A DNA stretch of 64,000 nucleotides from Solirubrobacteraceae bacterium (lineage in GTDB: Bacteria > Actinomycetota > Thermoleophilia > Solirubrobacterales > Solirubrobacteraceae), in contig DATJUA010000053.1 in NCBI GenBank assembly GCA_035502815.1, positions 4,415 to 68,414 of the forward strand. Direction: 5' to 3'. This document shows positions 1 to 9,697 of the stretch, in pieces (within the stretch, counting starts at the first letter, position 1; every line of letters begins with the position of its first letter). A program made the position numbers and the translations under genes. Under the pieces are notes generated by a model, which did no database searches, was not told the origin of the DNA, and was given only the letters and a program-made list of their open reading frames with translations.

Positions 1-1
1 G

Positions 2-1186
2 CGACTGCCCGCGACCGTCGACACGAGCGGGTTCGAAGTCGGCGGGAACCTCGCCGCGTCCCCTGGATCGGTCGTGCTCCGAACCGAGGTGTTCGAGCTC
101 ATCCAGTACAAGCCGACGACCGATCAGGTGCGGGAAACACCGCTTCTGTTCGTGCCGCCGACGATCAACAAGTTCTATGTGCTCGACCTGTCGCCGGGGA
201 GGAGCATGATCGAGTACTACGTCGCCCAGGGACAGCAGGTGTTCGCGATCTCGTGGCGCAACCCCGATCAAGAGCAGGGCGACTTCGACCTCGACACCTA
301 CGCGGCCGCCGTGGCCGAGGCCCGCGACGCGGTCGCGACGATTACGCGCGGTGGCCCGGTCCACCTGGCCGCGGCCTGCTCGGGAGGGATCATCACCGCC
401 GGACTGCTCGGTCACCTCGCGGCCAGCGGCGAGCTCGGCGGCGTGGCGAGCCTGACGCTGATGGTGTGCGCGCTCGACAATGACAGCGAGGGCACGGTGT
501 CGGCACTAACCAGCCGCGACGTCGCGGCGGCGGCGATCGCCGAGTCCGCGCGCAAGGGTTACGTCGACGGCCAGGCCCTCGCCGGCGTGTTCACCTGGCT
601 GCGCCCCAACGACCTGGTCTGGAACTACGTCGTCAACAACTACCTGCTCGGCAAGGCGCCGCCGGCCTTCGACGTCCTGTACTGGAACCAGGACACGGTC
701 CGGCTGGCCGCGGGTCTTCACCGCGACTTCATTCACATTGCCTTGGACAACTCGTTCGTTCATCCGGGCACGCTCGAGGTCCTCGGCTCTCCGGTGGACC
801 TGGGAGCGGTTGACCTCGACACGTACTTTGTGGCCGGCGCGAGTGACCACATCGTCCCGTGGGAGAGCGCGTACAACGGCGCCCAGCTGTTCGGGGGCAA
901 CCGGCGTTTCATCCTTTCTCGGAGCGGTCACATCCAGGCGCTGGTCAATCCACCAAGTCCGGACAGCCGCTCGAGCTTCCGCGTGACCGATGAGCTTCCC
1001 GAAAGTCCGGACGAGTTCCTCGCCGGTGAGCGGGCGGGAATCCAAATCTCGGGCAGCTGGTGGGGTGACTGGGACGCCTGGCTGGCCGAGCGCTCTGGTG
1101 AGGAGAAGCCCGCGCCCAAGAAGCTCGGCGACGCGACCTACAAGGCCCGCGGGAAGGCGCCGGGGAGCTATGTACTTGCCAACTGA
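2..1186 (+). CDS. phaC: Poly(3-hydroxyalkanoate) synthase, class II-like (5' end outside the window)
   Basis: Frame open from position 2 (RLPATVDTSGFEVGGNLAASPGSVV-LRTEVFELIQY). Motifs PPTINKFYVLDL, SWRNP, lipase-box Cys AACSGG, DHIVPW and SGHIQ. Confidence 0.92.
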   Translation, partial: RLPATVDTSGFEVGGNLAASPGSVVLRTEVFELIQYKPTTDQVRETPLLFVPPTINKFYVLDLSPGRSMIEYYVAQGQQVFAISWRNPDQEQGDFDLDTYAAAVAEARDAVATITRGGPVHLAAACSGGIITAGLLGHLAASGELGGVASLTLMVCALDNDSEGTVSALTSRDVAAAAIAESARKGYVDGQALAGVFTWLRPNDLVWNYVVNNYLLGKAPPAFDVLYWNQDTVRLAAGLHRDFIHIALDNSFVHPGTLEVLGSPVDLGAVDLDTYFVAGASDHIVPWESAYNGAQLFGGNRRFILSRSGHIQALVNPPSPDSRSSFRVTDELPESPDEFLAGERAGIQISGSWWGDWDAWLAERSGEEKPAPKKLGDATYKARGKAPGSYVLAN

Positions 1187-2003
1187 GGACCTTCCGGTCA
1201 TTCCCGAGGAGCCCTGGCGCGGCGATTACCTGCTCGAGACGCGCTGGCAGCTCGAGCTGGCCCGGCTGCTCGCCGACCCGGTTTGGCGTGGCCGCGGTGT
1301 CCCGCGCGGTGACGGGCGCCCCGTGATCCTGCTGCCCGGCTTCGGCGCCGGGGACCAGACGCTGCTGATCCTCGCCGCGTGGCTGCGCCGGATCGGATAC
1401 TCGCCGCACGTATGCGGGTTTGTTACGAACACGGGCTGCTCCGACCGCGCGGTTGACCGGGTGGAGCGCCGCCTCGAGGCGCTGTACGAGCGTCACGGGC
1501 GGCGGGCGGCGGTGATCGGCCACAGCCGCGGCGGTCACTACGCGCGGGCGATCGGAGAGCGCCGACCCGACCTGGTGTCGCACGCGATCAGCGCCGGCGC
1601 CGGCCTACGCCGGATGCTTGCCACGAGCTCTGCGATTCACGGCGCCGTCGGTGCGGCGCGTTGGGTGACGGTGCGCACTGGTCGGGCGCGGTCGCCACGT
1701 TGCCTCACCGAGATATGCGATTGCGCGTTCGCGCGTAATTTCGCCGGCCCGTTTCCCGAGGACCGTGTCCGCCTGACCAGCATCTACTCCAAGGGCGACG
1801 GAGTCGTCCGCTGGCAGTCCGCGCTTGTCCCGTATGCCGATTGCGTCGAGGTGAGCGGGAGCCACGTCGGCCTGATCTTCAACCGCAAGACCTACCGGGC
1901 GATCGCGCACGCGCTCGCCGAACCGGAGCTACAAAACGATTCAAAATCGACGGCGGCGCCTGACGGCGGCGCCTTAGGAGATCCCGATGCTGACCGTCCC
2001 TGA
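1170..2003 (+). CDS. Alpha/beta hydrolase (esterase/lipase family)
   Basis: ATG at 1170 overlaps the phaC end. PVILLPGF, GHSRGG nucleophile, DGVVRW and SHVGL motifs. Confidence 0.85.
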   Translation: MYLPTEDLPVIPEEPWRGDYLLETRWQLELARLLADPVWRGRGVPRGDGRPVILLPGFGAGDQTLLILAAWLRRIGYSPHVCGFVTNTGCSDRAVDRVERRLEALYERHGRRAAVIGHSRGGHYARAIGERRPDLVSHAISAGAGLRRMLATSSAIHGAVGAARWVTVRTGRARSPRCLTEICDCAFARNFAGPFPEDRVRLTSIYSKGDGVVRWQSALVPYADCVEVSGSHVGLIFNRKTYRAIAHALAEPELQNDSKSTAAPDGGALGDPDADRP

Positions 2004-3186
2004 CCTGTTCGAAGACCTCGGCCACTCGCTGGCCACCGACTACTTCTTCCTGCGTGAACAGCTCACCGAAGAGCAGCTCGACGTCCTGCGCCGCGTGCGC
2101 GTGTTCGTCGACGACGAGGTGCTTCCGGTCATCGGCGGCTACTGGGAACGCGCCGAGATGCCGTGGCCACTGATCCAGCGCCTCGGCGAGCTCGGGGTGG
2201 TCGGCGAGGATATCCGTGGCTACGGCTGCCCCGGCCTTGACCCGATCGCGTCCGGGCTCGTCCACATGGAGCTGAACCGAGGCGATGGCAGCCTCGGCAC
2301 CTTCCTCGGCGTGCAGGCGGGTCTGGCCATGCAGTCGATCGCCGTGCTCGGCTCGGAGGAGCAGAAGCAGCGCTGGCTACCCGGAATGGCGAGGCTCGAG
2401 CAACTCGGAGCGTTCGCACTGACCGAGCCAGATCACGGCTCGGACTCTGTCTCGCTGGCCACGAGCGCGCGCTCCGTCGACGGCGGCTTTCGCCTCAACG
2501 GCGCCAAGCGCTGGATCGGAAACGGCAGCCTGGCCGACGTTGTCGTCGTCTGGGCGCGAGGCGAGGACGGGTGCGTGAACGGCTTCCTGGTCGAGAAGGG
2601 CAGTCCCGGCTATGACGCTCAGGTGATTGCGGGGAAGGGATCGCTGCGCGCGATCTGGCAGGCCCAGATCGAATTGAACGATGTGTTCGTTCCGGCCGGC
2701 AACCGCCTGCCCGGGGCGAACAGCTTCAAGGACACCGGGCGCGTGCTGGCCGGGACGCGAAGCACCTGCGCCTGGGCTGCGCTCGGGCACGCCGTCGCGG
2801 CCTACGAGACCGCGCTCGCCTACGCAAAGCGCCGCGAGCAGTTCGGACGTGCGCTCGCGAGCTTCCAGATCGTCCAGCAACGGCTGGTGAACATGCTGGC
2901 CGACGTCACCGCGATGCAGCTCTACTGCCTCCAGCTCGGGCGACTGGCCGAGCGCCGTCAACTGAGCGACACGATCGCGGGCCTGGCGAAGCTGAACAAC
3001 ACGCGCACCGCCCGCAAGGTGTGCGCCGAGGCGCGCGACATGCTGGGCGGCAACGGGATCCTGCTCGATAACCACGTGATCCGTCACATGACGGACGTCG
3101 AGGCGATCCACACCTACGAGGGCACCGAGACGATGCAGGCGCTCATCGTCGGCCGGGACATCACCGGCCTCGGCGCGTTCGCTTGA
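1987..3186 (+). CDS. Acyl-CoA dehydrogenase (glutaryl-CoA dehydrogenase-like)
   Basis: FALTEPDHGSD, KRWIGNG, REQFGR, GGNG and TYEGT motifs. Confidence 0.92.
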   Translation: MLTVPDLFEDLGHSLATDYFFLREQLTEEQLDVLRRVRVFVDDEVLPVIGGYWERAEMPWPLIQRLGELGVVGEDIRGYGCPGLDPIASGLVHMELNRGDGSLGTFLGVQAGLAMQSIAVLGSEEQKQRWLPGMARLEQLGAFALTEPDHGSDSVSLATSARSVDGGFRLNGAKRWIGNGSLADVVVVWARGEDGCVNGFLVEKGSPGYDAQVIAGKGSLRAIWQAQIELNDVFVPAGNRLPGANSFKDTGRVLAGTRSTCAWAALGHAVAAYETALAYAKRREQFGRALASFQIVQQRLVNMLADVTAMQLYCLQLGRLAERRQLSDTIAGLAKLNNTRTARKVCAEARDMLGGNGILLDNHVIRHMTDVEAIHTYEGTETMQALIVGRDITGLGAFA

Positions 3187-3206
3187 GGCTCGGTAGGGTG
3201 GGCGCG

Positions 3207-4094
3207 ATGCCACCCTTGAGTGAGAGGGTTGATCTGGGCGCAGGCCGCGTCGCGGCCTACGAGGTGATCGGTGACGGTCCACCCATGTTCTACTTCCAGG
3301 GCGGCCCGGGTTTCAGTGCGGCGCTCCTGCGCCCGGAGGCCGAACTGCTGGCAGATCGGTTCAGCGTCTATCTGATCGATCCCGCCGGCTCGGGCGGGTC
3401 GAGCCCACCGAGCGACGAGTCCCAGTACGACCACGTCGGCCACGCCCGCTTCTATGACGAGGTGCGGCAGGCGCTTGACGTGGGGGCCGCGACGATCATG
3501 GGAATCTCGTTCGGCGGGATCGTGGCGCTGACCTATGCCGCCTTGTTCCCCGAGGTGACCACGCGGTGCGTCTGTGTTTCGTCGCGTGCGGTGGGTCAGG
3601 AGCTGGAGGGAGAGGCTGCCAAGGCCGAGCGGCAGGCGTTCCTGGCCCGTCATGCTGGTCAGAGCTGGTATCCGTCGGCTCGGAAGGTCTTGGACGAGTG
3701 GACCGAGCGGGCGCTCGCGGCCGAGGACTCGCGCGAGGTGGACGCGATGATGGCCGAGGTGTTGCCGCTCTACACATCGGACCCGGACCGCCCCGAGGTC
3801 AAGGCGATGATTGAGGAATGGCGGCAGGACATGCAGAGCGACCTCGCGGCGGTCAAGGTGTGGGAGTCGGGGCTTTGGCAGAGGATCGACGTGAGGCCGT
3901 TGCTGGCCGACATCCGGTGCCCCACGCTGGTCCTGGTCGGGGCGGAAGACATGATCTGCGGTCCGGCGCAGGGACGGCTGATCGTCGACGCGCTCCGCGG
4001 GGCGCAGCTCACGATCGTCCCAGGCTCGGGCCACTTCATCGGTACCGAAGCTCCAGAGCCGTTTCGGGACCAGATCATCGCCTTCGCCGGCTGA
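3207..4094 (+). CDS. Alpha/beta hydrolase (proline iminopeptidase-like)
   Basis: QGGPG oxyanion motif, GISFGG nucleophile, GAED and SGH catalytic motifs. Confidence 0.85.
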   Translation: MPPLSERVDLGAGRVAAYEVIGDGPPMFYFQGGPGFSAALLRPEAELLADRFSVYLIDPAGSGGSSPPSDESQYDHVGHARFYDEVRQALDVGAATIMGISFGGIVALTYAALFPEVTTRCVCVSSRAVGQELEGEAAKAERQAFLARHAGQSWYPSARKVLDEWTERALAAEDSREVDAMMAEVLPLYTSDPDRPEVKAMIEEWRQDMQSDLAAVKVWESGLWQRIDVRPLLADIRCPTLVLVGAEDMICGPAQGRLIVDALRGAQLTIVPGSGHFIGTEAPEPFRDQIIAFAG

Positions 4095-4987
4095 TGGAGG
4101 CGCAGCCTGACCGGTGGTCCCGGTGGCACCGAGAGCGCCGCGGCATCGGTGATTCGGTTGGCCGTCAGAGCACCCTGAGCCGACTCGCCGATATGCGTGA
4201 TGAACTGTTGCGTCGGAGTGAGCCTCTCGACGGCGTCACCTTGCTCGACGTCGGAACCGGCGACGGACTGATCGGTCTCGAGGCACTCAAGCGGGTCGGG
4301 CCGGCCGGGACCGTGATCTTCTGTGACATCTCGGAGGCGCTGCTCGAGCAGTGCCGCGAGGCGGTGCGATCGCTGGGCTACCTGGACCGCGCCCGGTTTG
4401 AGATCGCCAAGGCGGAGGACCTGGCGGCCATCGCCGACACCTCCGTGGACGTGATCACCACCCGCTCGGTGTTGATTTTCGTGCGTGACAAGCCGGGCGC
4501 GTTCTCCGCCATGCACCGGGTATTGCGGCCGGGCGGGAGGATCGCGCTCCGGGAGCCGATCGGCAGGTTGATGTTCCCCGAACCCGCCGATCGCTTCTGG
4601 GGCTACGACGTGCGCCCGGTAGTTGACCTGGCGGCCAAGGTCAAAGCCGCTGCCGCGGCGCTCGAGGACACGGACTTCCGCGCCGCGATGATGGAATTCG
4701 ACGACCGTGACCTGGCGCGCCTCGCGCAGACCGCCGGCTTCGAACGGGCACACGTCGAGTGCCACATCGACATCGAGCCAGGATCGATCATGCCGGCCAC
4801 GAACGTGGAGGAGCTGCTCGAGTTGGCCCCGAACCCCACCGCGCCGTCGGTCGCGGAGGCCATCGAAGCGGGCCTGACTCCGGCCGAGCGCGAACGGTTC
4901 CTTGCGGTGCTCGACCAGGCGATTCGTGCCGGGGACTCGATCCGTCGCACGGCGGTCGCATACGTCCTGGCGACAAAGGCGCGGTAG
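4094..4987 (+). CDS. Class I SAM-dependent methyltransferase
   Basis: ATG overlaps the upstream TGA. LLDVGTGDG motif I and RVLRPGGR. Confidence 0.85.
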   Translation: MEAQPDRWSRWHRERRGIGDSVGRQSTLSRLADMRDELLRRSEPLDGVTLLDVGTGDGLIGLEALKRVGPAGTVIFCDISEALLEQCREAVRSLGYLDRARFEIAKAEDLAAIADTSVDVITTRSVLIFVRDKPGAFSAMHRVLRPGGRIALREPIGRLMFPEPADRFWGYDVRPVVDLAAKVKAAAAALEDTDFRAAMMEFDDRDLARLAQTAGFERAHVECHIDIEPGSIMPATNVEELLELAPNPTAPSVAEAIEAGLTPAERERFLAVLDQAIRAGDSIRRTAVAYVLATKAR

Positions 4988-5067
4988 CCGCGACCGGTGC
5001 CGCAGGCGTCGCCCTGGGTGTAATCTCAAGGGGTCTTTCTGCGGGTTTAAGGCGGACCGGAGGCGCG

Positions 5068-6600
5068 TTGCCTAGGCCAAGGCTGATCGTCATTGCGGCG
5101 TGTGGGACGCTGGCCCTATCGGGTGGCGTGTCGACGGCCGTCGCGCTGGGCAGCTCAGCCTCGGGTGGCTTGCCGACCGTGTCGGTCCCGACGCTGACCA
5201 CACCAACGGTAAGCGTGCCCACGGTCACGGTGCCCACGGTCACGGTCCCGTCGATCACCACCGGTCCGATCACCACCCCGCAGGTCAGCACCCCGGGTAT
5301 CACGACGCCATCGCTCAGCACGCCGTCGGTTCCCACCGCGACGGTGTCGACGCCGAGCCTTCCGATCTCGCCGACGGTGACGCATGTGGCGTCGGAGCCG
5401 AGCCACGAGTCGGGTACGCCGACGACCGGGTTGGCCACCACCGCGAGCTCACACCCCGGCTCGAGCGGCTCCACGTCTGGAGCTTCGTCCACCTCGAGCG
5501 CCGGCCGCGGCAAGGCCGGCTCGGCCGGACGCGGCGGCCGGCCGGCCGGTGGCGCGTCGACCGCATCCGCGCGCCGGGCTCCGTCAGGGAATCCCTCCGG
5601 CACGGGAACCGGGGAGGCCGGTGCGGCGTCTGGTGGGGGCGACCCGGGACGGGCGTCAGGTGGCACCACCGGCTCGCATTCGCCCGCCGGCTCCGGCGCA
5701 ACGTCGACGAAGTCCAACGGACCGATCGCCCGACTGGTCAAGGTTCTGCCGACAGCCGTGCTGATCGCCTTGCTGGCATTCGCGGTCATCGCAGCCGTGA
5801 TGGCGCTCAACGCGTACCTCCAGCGCCGGCGTGCCAAGGCACTCGCCGGCCAGCGTGCCGCGCTCCTCTCGGACGTCGGCGTGCTCCAGTCCGCGCTCCT
5901 CCCTGCCGTCCCGGCCAGTCTCGGCGACCTCCGCGTGTCGGTGGCCTATCGGCCGGCGCAGGGGCTCGCCGCGGGCGGCGACTTCTTCGACGTGTTCACG
6001 ATGTCGCCCGAGACGACCGGGATCATCATCGGCGACGTCTCGGGGCACGGGCGCGAATCGCTGATCCATGCCGCGCTGGTGCGCTACACGCTGCGGACGC
6101 TGATGGGGGAGGGGCATCCGTTGCCCGAGGTCCTCTCGCGCGCGGACCGGTATCTCACCGGCGAGCTGGGCGAGGGTTTTGCCACCGTCATCGTGTGCCG
6201 CTACGAGCACGCGACCGGAAAGCTCACCTGGGCGAAGGCCGGACACGAGCCGCCGATCGTCGCCGGCCAGCCCGACCGCGACGAGGCGGCGGCGATACCG
6301 CTCGGCCTGGGGATGGGCGACACCTGGCCCGAGTTCTCGCGCTTCCTGGCGTCGGGCGAGCGCGTGTGCCTGTTCACCGACGGCCTGATCGAAGCCCGCC
6401 GTGACGGCGAGCAGCTCGGGCGGGCGCACCTCAAGTCGCTCGTCGAGCAGGGCCTGAGCGCGCAGGCGCTGCTCGACCGGATCGAGGCCGACGCCGACGC
6501 GTGCACCGACGACCTCGCCGCCGTCGTCCTCACGCGCGCGGTGGTCGCCGGCGCCGCCATCGGCGACACGAGCCAGGCGCCGGAGGCGGCGACCGTCTAG
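5068..6600 (+). CDS. Membrane-anchored PP2C/SpoIIE-family Ser/Thr phosphatase with Thr/Pro/Ser/Gly-rich N-terminal region
   Basis: GGAGG then TTG at 5068; signal-peptide-like N-terminus and a TM helix. LQSALLP, GGDFFD, IGDVSGHG, AGHEPP, FTDGLIE and DDLA motifs. Confidence 0.85.
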   Translation: MPRPRLIVIAACGTLALSGGVSTAVALGSSASGGLPTVSVPTLTTPTVSVPTVTVPTVTVPSITTGPITTPQVSTPGITTPSLSTPSVPTATVSTPSLPISPTVTHVASEPSHESGTPTTGLATTASSHPGSSGSTSGASSTSSAGRGKAGSAGRGGRPAGGASTASARRAPSGNPSGTGTGEAGAASGGGDPGRASGGTTGSHSPAGSGATSTKSNGPIARLVKVLPTAVLIALLAFAVIAAVMALNAYLQRRRAKALAGQRAALLSDVGVLQSALLPAVPASLGDLRVSVAYRPAQGLAAGGDFFDVFTMSPETTGIIIGDVSGHGRESLIHAALVRYTLRTLMGEGHPLPEVLSRADRYLTGELGEGFATVIVCRYEHATGKLTWAKAGHEPPIVAGQPDRDEAAAIPLGLGMGDTWPEFSRFLASGERVCLFTDGLIEARRDGEQLGRAHLKSLVEQGLSAQALLDRIEADADACTDDLAAVVLTRAVVAGAAIGDTSQAPEAATV

Positions 6601-6612
6601 CTGACCGTCGGG

Positions 6613-7713
6613 CTACGCGGCGTCGAGTGCCTGACGCAGGTCGGCGACGAGATCGGACGGCTCCTCGATCCCGCAGCTCAGCCTCACCAGGTCCGCCGGC
6701 ACGGCCGCAGCCGAGTCCTCCACCGACTGATGGGTCATGGCCTGGGGCACCTCGATCAGCGATTCGACGCCGCCGAGTGATTCGGCCAGCGTGAACAGAC
6801 GCGTTCGCGTCGCAAGCTCGGTCGCCTGCGGGTGGCGGAAGCTGACCATGCCGCTGAAGCCCGGCCACCGTACGTCCTGAACTCCGGGGGCGGCGCGCAG
6901 GAGCTCGACGACCGCCGCGGCGCTGCGCGCGTGCGCCGCCATGCGCAGGTGCAGCGTGCGCAGCCCGCGGTGCACGAGGAAGCAGTCAAACGGTCCGGGG
7001 ACGGCGCCGACCGAGTTCTGGACGAACCGCAGGCGCTCGTTCCACTCGTCGGTCTGGCTGATCACGGCACCACCCACCACGTCCGAGTGCCCGCCCAGGT
7101 ACTTGGTCGTCGAGTGCACGACGAAATCGGCGCCCAGCTCGAGCGGGCGCTGGTTAGCGGGCGTGGCGAAGGTGTTGTCGACGGCGACCAGCGCGCCCCG
7201 CCGCCGGGCAATCACGCCGGCGATGTCGATCACGTCGAGCTTGGGATTGGTCGGGCTCTCGATCCAGATGAGCCGCGTGTCCGCGCGGACAGCGCGCTCG
7301 ACCGCGGCGAGGTCGGTCTGGTCGACCAGGTCGTAGGTGAGCCCCCAACCTGCCATGACCTTGTCAACTAGTCGGTAGGTGCCGCCGTACAGGTCGCCGG
7401 GCAGCACCACGTGCGCGCCCGCCTGGCAGGAGGCGGTGATCAGCGCGTGCTCGGCCGCGAGCCCGGAGGAGAACGCGGCCGCGAAGCCGCCCTCCAGCTC
7501 GCCGAGCGCCTGCTCGAGCGCGGCCCGCGTCGGGTTGGCCGTGCGCGCGTAGTCGTACTCGCCGACGAACTCGCCGGGCCGGGGCTGGGCATAAGTCGAC
7601 GTCTGGTGGATCGCCGGAATGACCGACCCGAACGACGGATCGGGCGTCAGCCCGGCATGCACCGCGCGCGTGGCGAACGCGTCGCCGCGCTCCTCCCGTG
7701 AGCGCGGACTCAC
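6613..7713 (-). CDS. metB: Cystathionine gamma-synthase/gamma-lyase (PLP)
   Basis: YARTANPT, FSSG, ESPTNP, DNTF, HSTTKYLGGHSD and AESLGGVESL motifs; coupled to cbs. Confidence 0.92.
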   Translation of the reverse strand: MSPRSREERGDAFATRAVHAGLTPDPSFGSVIPAIHQTSTYAQPRPGEFVGEYDYARTANPTRAALEQALGELEGGFAAAFSSGLAAEHALITASCQAGAHVVLPGDLYGGTYRLVDKVMAGWGLTYDLVDQTDLAAVERAVRADTRLIWIESPTNPKLDVIDIAGVIARRRGALVAVDNTFATPANQRPLELGADFVVHSTTKYLGGHSDVVGGAVISQTDEWNERLRFVQNSVGAVPGPFDCFLVHRGLRTLHLRMAAHARSAAAVVELLRAAPGVQDVRWPGFSGMVSFRHPQATELATRTRLFTLAESLGGVESLIEVPQAMTHQSVEDSAAAVPADLVRLSCGIEEPSDLVADLRQALDAA

Positions 7714-9101
7714 GACGCGAGTGCTTCCAGCAGGTCCGTCCGCGTGACGAGGCCTTCGGCCCGGCCGTCGCGCGTGACGAGCAGCGCCTGCTGATCGCCG
7801 ACCAGCAGCTCCACCGCGTCGCGCACCGGATCGTCGATCGACACGGCGGGGAACGGCGGCTCCATCACCTCGACGATCTCGGTGTCGAGCACGCTTGGGT
7901 CATCGGCGGCTCGCTTGAGCAGTCCGCGCTCACCGATCGCGCCGACCACGGTGGCCGGATCGTGGGCGCTGACCACCGGAAGCTGGGACACCCGGTGCTC
8001 GTGCAGGAGCGCCACCGCATCGCGTACCCGGAAATGGGTCTGGACGGTGACGAGCGGCGGGATCTCGCCCGCTTGGCGCTTGCGCGCGAGCACGTCGCCG
8101 ACGACGAGCTTCGTGTCGCGATCGAGGAAGCCGTACTGACGCATCCAGGCGTCGGAATAGATCTTGGACAGGTAGGACCGGCCACCGTCGGGCAGGATCA
8201 CGACCATCAACGCCTCGGGGTCGTCGACCTCGGCCGCAACTTGCAGCGCGGCGTGAAGGGCCAGGCCACCCGACCCGCCGGCCAGGATGCCCTCGAGGTG
8301 CGCGAGCCGGCGCGTGGTCAAGAAGGCGTCCTTATCCGACACGGTGATCCACCGGTCGATCACGGAAGCATCGAACGTCTGAGGCCAGAAGTCTTCTCCG
8401 ACTCCCTCGACCAGGTACGGCCTGACGTTCTCGGGACCACCCGAGTAGATCGAGCCCTCCGGGTCGGCGCCGATCACGGTCAGGTCGGGGTTGCGCTCGC
8501 GCAGGTAGCGCGCGGTGCCGGTCACCGTGCCGCCGGTTCCCACGCCGGCGATGAGGTGGGTGATCTGTCCCCCGGTCTGCTCCCAGATCTCGGGGCCGGT
8601 CGACTCGTAATGGGCTTGTGGATTGGCCTGGTTGAAGTACTGGTTGGGTTGGAATGCTCCCGGGATCTCGTCCGTCAGCCGGTCGGCCACGCGGTAGTAG
8701 GACTGGGGCGATTCGGGGGGGACGTCGGTGGGCGCTAACACGACGTCCGCCCCGTAGGCACGCAGGAGATCGATTTTCTCCCGCGACATCTTGTCGGGCA
8801 TCACCGCGATCACCCGGTATCCCTTGAGCCGGGCCGCGATGGCCAGGCCGGTGCCGGTGTTGCCTGAGGTGGGCTCGATGATCGTGCCGCCCGGCTGCAG
8901 GCGTCCCTCGCGCTCGGCCGCCTCGATCAGGGCGACCGCCACGCGGTCCTTGATCGAGCCGCCGGGGTTGAACACCTCGAGCTTGGCGGCCAGACGGGGC
9001 TTCACGCCCGCGCCAAGGCGCGAGAGGCGGACGAGCGGCGTGTCGCCGATCGTGTCCAGGATCGACTCCTTGAGGATCGGCTGGGTGGCACTAATGGACA
9101 T
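7710..9101 (-). CDS. cbs: Cystathionine beta-synthase with C-terminal CBS pair
   Basis: NPGGSIKDR, TSGNTG, GVGTGGT, YLVEGVGEDFWP and tandem CBS domains. Confidence 0.93.
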   Translation of the reverse strand: MSISATQPILKESILDTIGDTPLVRLSRLGAGVKPRLAAKLEVFNPGGSIKDRVAVALIEAAEREGRLQPGGTIIEPTSGNTGTGLAIAARLKGYRVIAVMPDKMSREKIDLLRAYGADVVLAPTDVPPESPQSYYRVADRLTDEIPGAFQPNQYFNQANPQAHYESTGPEIWEQTGGQITHLIAGVGTGGTVTGTARYLRERNPDLTVIGADPEGSIYSGGPENVRPYLVEGVGEDFWPQTFDASVIDRWITVSDKDAFLTTRRLAHLEGILAGGSGGLALHAALQVAAEVDDPEALMVVILPDGGRSYLSKIYSDAWMRQYGFLDRDTKLVVGDVLARKRQAGEIPPLVTVQTHFRVRDAVALLHEHRVSQLPVVSAHDPATVVGAIGERGLLKRAADDPSVLDTEIVEVMEPPFPAVSIDDPVRDAVELLVGDQQALLVTRDGRAEGLVTRTDLLEALAS

Positions 9102-9196
9102 GCAATCAGTCTGATGATCCTGCGGCGTTTTGACAAGTCACCGAAGATTCTGCGAGTAATCACCTTTCAATAAGATATTCTTCGGTCGTACGCCCT

Positions 9197-9697
9197 ATGC
9201 CTCGGCTTACCTCGAATCATCCACAGCCACTCGTCGACGACGTCGACCGCGCGATGCTCGAGTTGCTCGCCCACGACGCCCGGATCACCAACCAGCGGCT
9301 GGCCGAGCGGGTGGGAATTGCGCCGTCGACCGCACTGGCCCGGCTGCGCTCGTTGCGCGAGCGCGGAGTAATTCGCGGATTTCATGCCGAAGTCGACCTC
9401 GCGGCGTTGGGCCGCCCGCTCCAGGCGCTGATCGCCGTGCGCCTCACGGTGCACGAGCGCGACCAGATCGACGACTTCACGAACGCGGTCCGAGCCCTGC
9501 CCGGCGTGCTGATGGTGTTCCACCTGACCGGGGTGACCGACTACCTCGTGTGGGTGGCGGCAGCCGACGCTCAGGACCTGCGTGAGTTCGTGGTCGACCA
9601 TCTGGCCACGCATCCCTCGGTGGCGCACGCCGAGACGTCGCTGATCTACGAGCATCGCCGCGGGCCCGGGGTGTGGGGCGCAGCAGACCCGGCATGA
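9197..9697 (+). CDS. Lrp/AsnC family transcriptional regulator
   Basis: DDVDRAMLELL...LAERVGIAPST HTH and TGVTDY AsnC domain; divergent from cbs. Confidence 0.9.
   Translation: MPRLTSNHPQPLVDDVDRAMLELLAHDARITNQRLAERVGIAPSTALARLRSLRERGVIRGFHAEVDLAALGRPLQALIAVRLTVHERDQIDDFTNAVRALPGVLMVFHLTGVTDYLVWVAAADAQDLREFVVDHLATHPSVAHAETSLIYEHRRGPGVWGAADPA

Noticed and set aside
9102-9196. Defined promoter or Lrp sites between cbs and lrp
   Set aside because: AT-rich with TTGACA at 9130, but no properly spaced -10 and only weak repeats, so not called.
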